Under the pieces are notes generated by a model. It was not told where the DNA came from. It saw nothing but the letters and a program-made list of their open reading frames with translations, and did not search any database. The position numbers and the translations under genes were made by a program. A stretch of DNA of 64,000 nucleotides from an uncultured Gammaproteobacteria bacterium (lineage in GTDB: Bacteria; Patescibacteriota; Patescibacteriia; Magasanikbacterales; UBA922): assembly GCA_964592785.1 (NCBI GenBank), contig CAZQHU010000002.1, forward strand, positions 12,680 to 76,679, in the 5' to 3' direction. The number at the start of each line of letters is the position of its first letter. The first letter of the stretch is position 1. Positions 58,509-64,000 of the stretch are shown one piece after another.

Positions 58509-59459
58509 TTATACTTTTATTTTATTGAAAAGTCGTAAAGCATTTTCCAAAGTAATTTTCTCCACTTCCTCAACAGATAAATGCCTAATCCCCGCAATTT
58601 TCTTCACCACTTCTTCCACCATCCAAGGTTCACATTTTTGCCCGCGATAAGCTTGAGGGGCCAGATATGGCGCATCGGTTTCCACCAAAATTCTATCCAA
58701 AGGACATTTTTCCACAACTTCCAATAAATCCAATGTTGGTTGAGGATCAGTTTTACGTGCAGGAAAAGTGATGACACCAGTGAAACCAATATAGAGTCCC
58801 AAAGTAAGGAATTTTTCTGCTTGTTGCCAATTACCGCCATAGCAGTGGACTACGCCCCAAGGTTCATTCCGAATCCCGCTCAAGCGGAGTGAGGAATCTT
58901 TCGAAGTAAGAACCTGTTGAATTACATTAGAATTGTGTACCCCAAAGTTATCTTCTCCGAAAGATTTCTCGCCTTTTAGTCTCGAAATGAGTGGAAACAT
59001 CTCATCGTAAGCATCGCGAATGTGAATAACAAGAGGTAAATTATGCTTTTGCGCAAAATTATATTGCTTAATAAAAATTTCTCTTTGTTTCTCTAAAACT
59101 TTTTCTTTATCTAACTCTTCCGGAAGATGAAAAAGTTCCAGCCCACACTCCCCTACTGCTATCACTTTTTTTGACTGTGCCAATTCATCATAAAATTTTT
59201 CATCAAAATCTTCTTCGTGCGATAAAAAACTGGATTCTTCCTCGTCTACTTGTTTGGCATGAAGGTGAATTGGATGAAGACCAATTGTCGCATAAATATT
59301 TTCATATTTTTCTGCCATTTCCACAGCTTTTTTACTGGTGTCCATTTGTGTACCAACAGCATTCATAACCACACCTTTCTGACGACAACGCGACAAGACG
59401 GCCTCGCGGTCGTCTTGATATCCTTGAAACTGAATATGACAATGAGTATCAATCATCAT
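58509..59459 (-). CDS. tatD: TatD family DNase with a ~43-aa repeat-derived insertion
   Basis: IDTHCH, GLHP, VGECGL, IHIRDA, VVHCY, VETDAPYL. Confidence 0.93.
   Translation of the reverse strand: MMIDTHCHIQFQGYQDDREAVLSRCRQKGVVMNAVGTQMDTSKKAVEMAEKYENIYATIGLHPIHLHAKQVDEEESSFLSHEEDFDEKFYDELAQSKKVIAVGECGLELFHLPEELDKEKVLEKQREIFIKQYNFAQKHNLPLVIHIRDAYDEMFPLISRLKGEKSFGEDNFGVHNSNVIQQVLTSKDSSLRLSGIRNEPWGVVHCYGGNWQQAEKFLTLGLYIGFTGVITFPARKTDPQPTLDLLEVVEKCPLDRILVETDAPYLAPQAYRGQKCEPWMVEEVVKKIAGIRHLSVEEVEKITLENALRLFNKIKV
58862..58991. repeat. GTCAT-family element in frame in tatD
   Basis: ttcattccgaatcccgctcaagcggagtgaggaatctttcg...cgaaagatttctcgccttttagtctcgaaatgag; encodes LISRLKGEKSFG...KDSSLRLSGIRNE. 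Confidence 0.85.
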
Positions 59460-60001
59460 AAATTATCTGCCAGTACATCTTCCATATAGTCAACTGAAGA
59501 TCTCAAAAGTTTCAAAGCTTCTGGTACAAAAGGTAATAATATCGCTGCAATAGATACTGTATAAGGTACGACTACTGAACCAGCCATCCAGCCCATAAAA
59601 CGCTCGGAAAGTGGTATTCTTTCAATAAAATAAAAAACTATCCCCAAACTAATAAGACCTTCCAAAAGTCCAAAAATTAAACCCAAAAAGCGATTGATAC
59701 CTCTAATGAAAGGCAAATAAGTAATAACATTGGTAGTCTTTTCTATTATCCAAAAAACAAAACCAACTAAACGGTTGATCACCACAAAAGCAATAATGAA
59801 CATGAGCACTTTGGAAAAATTGTCTCCCCAACCAGTAACTCCGATAAGCCAATCAGCCATCGGGCCATAGTAGCGAGTAGCCAAATAAACCCCAAATATT
59901 GTTCCCAAAAGAGAACCTAGAGTATGGATAAGTCCAAACCAAAACCCAAACATTCCAAAACCAGCAATGATAATGAGGAGAATGATGTCAAACAGGCCCA
60001 T
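59456..60001 (-). CDS. CvpA / colicin V production family membrane protein
   Basis: FDIILLII..GFWFGLI..INRFLGLIFG. Confidence 0.85.
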   Translation of the reverse strand: MGLFDIILLIIIAGFGMFGFWFGLIHTLGSLLGTIFGVYLATRYYGPMADWLIGVTGWGDNFSKVLMFIIAFVVINRLVGFVFWIIEKTTNVITYLPFIRGINRFLGLIFGLLEGLISLGIVFYFIERIPLSERFMGWMAGSVVVPYTVSIAAILLPFVPEALKLLRSSVDYMEDVLADNL

Positions 60002-60044
60002 ATAGATTAATTTTAAAATTAAAATTTTTAATTTTTATTGACCC

Positions 60045-60084
60045 CTGCCGGACGGAAGCTTGGTTTTTTGCTTCCGTCCGGCAG
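60045..60084. repeat. Perfect 15-bp GC hairpin after the small ORF
   Basis: ctgccggacggaagc-N10-gcttccgtccggcag. Confidence 0.75.
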
Positions 60085-60094
60085 ATTCTGATCC

Positions 60095-60286
60095 TCACGA
60101 CATCTTTTCAACACTTTGTCCTCGAGTCAGCCACTGCCAACCCACAACGAAGTAGTAAGCAGTGTGTCTCCAGACAAGACCGGAAATGTACCAATACCGC
60201 TGCCTAACCGTAAGCGGCTTGGTATCCATCTTGACAACACCGACCCCCTTGCCCCACCATAGAGTCTTTTCCGCTGAAGTAGCCAT
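60095..60286 (-). CDS. GC-rich small orphan (63 aa) following metG
   Basis: GGGGG SD-like run 7 nt before ATG 60286; Trp/Tyr-rich; followed by GC hairpin. Confidence 0.45.
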   Translation of the reverse strand: MATSAEKTLWWGKGVGVVKMDTKPLTVRQRYWYISGLVWRHTAYYFVVGWQWLTRGQSVEKMS

Positions 60287-60297
60287 TGGCAAACCCC

Positions 60298-61830
60298 CTA
60301 TTTTTCGAGCCGTGGAAAAAGAATTTCCTTTGCGCCTATGAGAGATCCCCCCCTAAGCGCGCCCCATGTTACTACTTTATCACTTGTATTTAATTGATTC
60401 AATATCTTTTCCGCAGTCTCGGGAATAATCGGAAATAAAGCCACAGCAATATGACGCAAACCTTCAGCTAGCTGATATAACAAACCAGAAATGTCTTCAC
60501 CAGCTTTGGCTTTTTTCCAAGGTTCTTGTTCAGAAATGAAACCGTCTAATCCTGCAACAAACTTATTTATTAAATTAACAACTTCTTCAAATTTATATTC
60601 ACCTAAATATTTATTATACTCTGTCCAAAAACTTTCCACTTTCCACTTTCCACTTTCCACTTGAGGAATCTTTGATTCCGAATATTTTTCAACCATTGTT
60701 AAAATCCTACTAGTCAAATTCCCTACTCCATTTACAAGATGTGCGGTATAAAATTCTTCAAAACGAGTAATACTAAAATCACCATCATCATAAGCTGGCA
60801 TGCCTCCAAGCAAAAAATAACGTACTGCATCTGTACCATATTTTTCAACTACTTTATAAGGTTCCACTACATTACCAAGAGATTTACTCATCTTTTGTCC
60901 TTCAGAAGTAATAAATCCATGAATAAACACTTGTTTTGAGTTTGGTAAACCAGCTGACATGAGCATTGCTTGCCACATAGCAGTCTGCTGACGTAAATTG
61001 TCTTTACCAGCTACTTGTACTCCCGGCCAAAACTCTGTATATAAGTCGGGTTTACCCGCCGAAGCTTTAGCGTAGATGGGCTTGTCCGGCGTAGCCTTGG
61101 CGAAGCCGGGCCAACCGAGTGTGGAAATATAGTTTATCAAAGCATCAAACCAGACATACATTACTTGCGTTTCATCTCCTGGTACAGGAATACCCCAAGG
61201 CATTTTTTCAGCCAATCTAGAAATACTAAAATCTTCCAAACCTCGCTCAACAAAGTTTTTAATTTCTAGCTGTCTATTTTGAGGTATAACAAAATTTGAA
61301 TTTTTTTCGTATAATTTTAATAAAGGTTTTTGGTATTTAGAAAATTTAAAAAAATAATTTTCTTCTTCAATTAATTCCAATTCCAAATTGGGGTGAACTG
61401 GACATTTACCATCAACTAGCTCTGAATCCGTTTTTTCCAATTCACAACCTACACAATATTTAACACTATAATTCTTTTTATAAATATCACCATTTTTTTC
61501 ACATAATTTCCAAAATTCCTGAGCAGCTTCTATGTGATGTTTATCAGTGGTGCGAATAAAATTGGTATAACTTAAATTCAAAGCTTGCTTCAAAGAATCA
61601 AATTTAGCAGCATATTCATCACAATATTTTTGTGGGTCAATTCCCAACTCTGTGGCTTTGCGAAAAATCTTTAGGCCGTGTTCATCCGTACCAGTATTAA
61701 AAATTACTTCTTCACCCAATAATTTGTGATAACGAGCGAGAACATCAGCTTGAATAATTTCCAAAGCAAAACCGATGTGAGGTTCAGCGTTTACATATGG
61801 CAAGGTGGTTGTAATATAATAGTTTTTCAT
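60298..61830 (-). CDS. metG: Methionyl-tRNA synthetase (short form)
   Basis: YVNAEPHIG, GTDEHG, YVWFDALINY, KMSKS. Confidence 0.98.
   Translation of the reverse strand: MKNYYITTTLPYVNAEPHIGFALEIIQADVLARYHKLLGEEVIFNTGTDEHGLKIFRKATELGIDPQKYCDEYAAKFDSLKQALNLSYTNFIRTTDKHHIEAAQEFWKLCEKNGDIYKKNYSVKYCVGCELEKTDSELVDGKCPVHPNLELELIEEENYFFKFSKYQKPLLKLYEKNSNFVIPQNRQLEIKNFVERGLEDFSISRLAEKMPWGIPVPGDETQVMYVWFDALINYISTLGWPGFAKATPDKPIYAKASAGKPDLYTEFWPGVQVAGKDNLRQQTAMWQAMLMSAGLPNSKQVFIHGFITSEGQKMSKSLGNVVEPYKVVEKYGTDAVRYFLLGGMPAYDDGDFSITRFEEFYTAHLVNGVGNLTSRILTMVEKYSESKIPQVESGKWKVESFWTEYNKYLGEYKFEEVVNLINKFVAGLDGFISEQEPWKKAKAGEDISGLLYQLAEGLRHIAVALFPIIPETAEKILNQLNTSDKVVTWGALRGGSLIGAKEILFPRLEK
60633..60660. repeat. 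(TTTCCAC)x4 heptamer array in frame in metG
   Basis: Four exact copies; encodes VESGKWKVES, same as in fmt. Confidence 0.9.
61051..61110. repeat. Two tandem 30-bp palindromic elements in frame in metG
   Basis: tttacccgccgaagctttagcgtagatggg cttgtccggcgtagccttggcgaagccggg; encodes PGFAKATPDK PIYAKASAGK. Confidence 0.85.
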
Positions 61831-61833
61831 AAC

Positions 61834-61861
61834 TTAGTAAGTAGTAATTAGTAAATAGAAA
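61834..61861. repeat. Heptamer array (Ntagtaa) on the 3' flank of the four-helix-bundle gene
   Basis: ttagtaa gtagtaa ttagtaa atagaaa. Confidence 0.85.
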
Positions 61862-62224
61862 TTAGGATAGGTTAGATTCTGTAGATCGAATTAAACCATT
61901 AATTAACTTTGCAATTTCAATACTTTGTTCACCTAATTTCCGACTTATTATACCATCAATAAAATTTAAATCTTTAGCTAATAAAATAAAATTTTGGACT
62001 TCTGCCACTGAACCCCTAGCTTGATAATAAAATCTTATTTTATCCTTAAAATGATATCTAGCAAAACCTTCAGCAATATTGGCAGTTATGGAACTAGAAG
62101 CTCTTCGTAACTGACTAATAATTCCATATAATTCTTCTCTTGGCAAATCATTTGTCATCTTATAAATTTCTAATACTAGCAAATGACCCTTCTTCCAAGC
62201 ATCTAGATCATAAAAATTCATCAT
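61862..62224 (-). CDS. Four-helix-bundle protein (23S rRNA IVP / S23-like, Avd-related fold)
   Basis: FYDLDAWKK..EELYGIISQLRRASSSITANIAEG..RFYYQARGSVAE. Confidence 0.93.
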   Translation of the reverse strand: MMNFYDLDAWKKGHLLVLEIYKMTNDLPREELYGIISQLRRASSSITANIAEGFARYHFKDKIRFYYQARGSVAEVQNFILLAKDLNFIDGIISRKLGEQSIEIAKLINGLIRSTESNLS

Positions 62225-62231
62225 AAAAAAG

Positions 62232-62266
62232 TTACTAGTTACTATTTACTAATTACTACTTACTAA
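62232..62266. repeat. Heptamer array (ttactaN)x5 on the 5' flank, inverted relative to the 61834 array
   Basis: ttactag ttactat ttactaa ttactac ttactaa; overlaps the rsmI stop. Confidence 0.88.
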
Positions 62267-62984
62267 CCACCACCACAAATTCCCCTTTTTCACTAATATT
62301 CATTTTTAAAATTTCTTGAATTGTTCCTCGATAAACAGTTTCAAATTTTTTGGTCAACTCACGACAAACGCAAATCTGTCGTTTTTTATCCAAAACTTCG
62401 GCCAATTCGCCCAAACATTTCTTGATCCTATGTGATGATTCATAAAAGGCCACAGTATATTCTGCTTTAACCACTTCTTTAAAAAATGTTTGTCGGCCTT
62501 TTTTGTGTGGAGGAAAACCGAGAAATAAAAATTTATTCGTATCAAACCCTGATATAGATAATGCAGTTATAACTGCGCTTGGACCTGGGATTGGCACTAC
62601 CACGTCATCCTGAGCGATAGCCGAAGGATCTCTTTCCTCAACGAGATATTTCGACTTTGCCCTTCGGGCTTCGCTCAATATGACGCTAACAAGTTCATTC
62701 CCCGGATCACTAATCCCTGGTGTACCGGCATCAGTTACCAAGGCCAGATTCTTACCACTTTCTAATAATTTCTCAATTTCCATTAATTTCCCAGTCTCGC
62801 TATGTTGATGATAAGAAATTGTTTTGGTTTTTATATTAAAATGATTCAAAAGTTTTTGGGTATTCCTGGTATCCTCGCATAAAATAAAATCCACGTCCTT
62901 TAAAATTTCCAAAGCACGCAAAGTAACATCACCAAGATTTCCAATTGGTGTAGCCACTATGTAGAGTTTGCCTAGTTCTGACAT
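62256..62984 (-). CDS. rsmI: 16S rRNA C1402 2'-O-methyltransferase RsmI
   Basis: LYIVATPIGNL.D, CEDTR, DAGTPGISDPG, IPGPSA, RELTKKFE. Confidence 0.96.
   Translation of the reverse strand: MSELGKLYIVATPIGNLGDVTLRALEILKDVDFILCEDTRNTQKLLNHFNIKTKTISYHQHSETGKLMEIEKLLESGKNLALVTDAGTPGISDPGNELVSVILSEARRAKSKYLVEERDPSAIAQDDVVVPIPGPSAVITALSISGFDTNKFLFLGFPPHKKGRQTFFKEVVKAEYTVAFYESSHRIKKCLGELAEVLDKKRQICVCRELTKKFETVYRGTIQEILKMNISEKGEFVVVVSK
62603..62685. repeat. GTCAT-family element in frame in rsmI
   Basis: cgtcatcctgagcgatagccgaaggatctc...gagatatttcgactttgcccttcgggcttcgctcaatatgacg; encodes VILSEARRAKSKYLVEERDPSAIAQDD. Confidence 0.88.
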
Positions 62985-63021
62985 AACAATATTCTATCGA
63001 AAATTGGCTAAAAAAGCAAAC

Positions 63022-63049
63022 TTGATAATAATAAAATATGTGGTAAAAT
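63022..63049 (+). promoter_or_regulatory. sigma70-type promoter divergent from rsmI
   Basis: TTGATA-16 nt-TAAAAT with TG extended -10. Confidence 0.55.
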
Positions 63050-63074
63050 AACTTTATCTTGTCAAAGGAGACCT

Positions 63075-63209
63075 ATCTTCGAAGAAAGACAGCACCTACC
63101 GCTACGCAGGGAAAGTGGCTACACGCCGTTCAACTGCCTGGCTATCCTTCTGGATGGCCTCTTCGACCTCGTCGCCCTTCTCCAAGACAAGTGGCGCCAA
63201 GCCGCTTGA
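63075..63209 (+). CDS. GC-rich 44-codon ORF with an ATC (non-canonical or decayed) start
   Basis: SD aaaggag 4 nt before ATC; (I)FEERQHLPLRRESGYTPFNCLAILLDGLFDLVALLQDKWRQAA then TGA; terminator follows. Confidence 0.4.
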   Translation: MFEERQHLPLRRESGYTPFNCLAILLDGLFDLVALLQDKWRQAA

Positions 63210-63249
63210 ACCATTCGCCGGCCAGCTATCCACGCGCCGGCACTTCCAA

Positions 63250-63290
63250 AAATAAACCCGCCCCACATATTCCGGGGCGGGTATTTTTAT
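63250..63290 (+). terminator. Intrinsic terminator
   Basis: acccgcccc-N9-ggggcgggt-atttttat. Confidence 0.7.
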
Positions 63291-63320
63291 CCTCTTCTTT
63301 TTAAAAGTAAAAGAGGAAAA

Positions 63321-63506
63321 CTACTCCAATATAATTGCTCCAACTGGACAATTGTCCCGAGCGTCATTCAAAGCTTGTTCGCTATCACCGGGTGGATTGA
63401 TCCCCACAGCCTTACCATCATCTTCTATTTTAAAACTTCCAGATGCCAAAATAGGGCAAGTACCACAACCAATACAAAGATCTTTATTTACTTTTACTTT
63501 AACCAT
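63321..63506 (-). CDS. Ferredoxin (single cluster)
   Basis: CIGCGTC...CPVGAI. Confidence 0.92.
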   Translation of the reverse strand: MVKVKVNKDLCIGCGTCPILASGSFKIEDDGKAVGINPPGDSEQALNDARDNCPVGAIILE

Positions 63507-64000
63507 AATATTTTTCTTTATAAAATCTAATTAATTCTTCAATTGCTGGAATAGCTTCTGGATCCCCCACACCAACTTTTAGTTTTTTCTGTACATCTTC
63601 TAGAGTCTGTGCACCTTCCAAAACTGCTTCTTCAATATCCTGATCAGTAATTTTTAATTTTTGATCAATAACTCTGGCGCCTTCGGTAATTATTCTATCA
63701 TGTTGACCGGTTTTACGAAAGTAATCATTTACTGCTGCTCTCAAGGCCTTATCACCAAGAACAGAGCAATGAACTTTTCTAGCTGGAAGGCCGCCCAAGC
63801 GGGCCATGATATCTTGAGGTTTAATTTTCAAGGCTTCATCAATTTTCATACCTTTGTTTTCAGTTATTATCACCGAAAGCATGGAAGTGGAAGCAATGGC
63901 ACTGCCACAACCAAAAGTTTGCCATTTGCAATCTATTATCTTATCATTTTTCTTATCTACTTTTATCCAGATCACCATCTCATCACCACAAGCTGGAGAC
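63499..64000 (-). CDS. IscU/NifU Fe-S scaffold with C-terminal BFD-like domain (runs off window end)
   Basis: SPACGD, FGCGSAIAS, RKVHCSVL. Confidence 0.9.
   Translation of the reverse strand, partial: SPACGDEMVIWIKVDKKNDKIIDCKWQTFGCGSAIASTSMLSVIITENKGMKIDEALKIKPQDIMARLGGLPARKVHCSVLGDKALRAAVNDYFRKTGQHDRIITEGARVIDQKLKITDQDIEEAVLEGAQTLEDVQKKLKVGVGDPEAIPAIEELIRFYKEKYYG

Noticed and set aside
60045-60084. Integron attC sites at the ends of GC-rich cassettes
   Set aside because: The hairpins lack RYYYAAC/GTTRRRY ends and no integrase is present.
60340-60366. G-rich gggcgcgcttaggggggga in the metG 3' end as an inserted element
   Set aside because: The WG.L..G..I...ILFPR spacing looks normal for MetRS, so no insertion is needed.
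61862-62224. Diversity-generating retroelement (Avd-like gene)
   Set aside because: No reverse transcriptase and no TR/VR repeat pair with adenine-specific mismatches seen in the window.
63059-63304. 81-aa TTG-start ORF
   Set aside because: Starts upstream of the SD, is Pro/Arg-rich like an off-frame read and runs through the terminator.

Overview
AT-rich bacterial chromosome segment read in the standard code, with mostly SD-less housekeeping genes. Compact AlaRS/ProRS/MetRS and an RpoA without an alpha-CTD suggest a Patescibacteria/CPR organism (inference). It carries mnmA (partial), alaS, the infA-rpmJ-rpsM-rpsK-rpsD-rpoA-rplQ-rplM-rpsI cluster, surface-polysaccharide genes, def/fmt, clpB with a CIRCE-like operator, gltX, a hydrolase-MurF-DegT-FemX-FtsQ block, serS, lysS, greA, mreBCD-pbp2, proS, a UvrD/PD-(D/E)XK helicase-nuclease, a complete F-ATPase operon, tatD, metG, rsmI, ferredoxin and an IscU/NifU gene (partial). 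No tRNA, rRNA, CRISPR array, transposase or integrase was seen. The most striking signal is a layer of miniature repeat elements of three kinds. (1) GTCAT...ATGAC-ended palindromic elements occur between genes, four of them ending exactly 7 nt before an ATG, and also in frame inside alaS, tatD, rsmI and a hydrolase; one carries a small cargo ORF. (2) 7-, 9- and 11-bp tandem arrays occur, including inverted heptamer arrays bracketing a four-helix-bundle gene, 'empty' inverted arrays in the atp operon, and in-frame heptamer runs in fmt, metG, gltX, a WecG/TagA gene and a GT2. (3) GC-rich orphan mini-cassettes carry SD motifs and GC hairpins, most with their own sigma70 promoter. Several unannotated small ORFs and candidate structured RNAs were also found.
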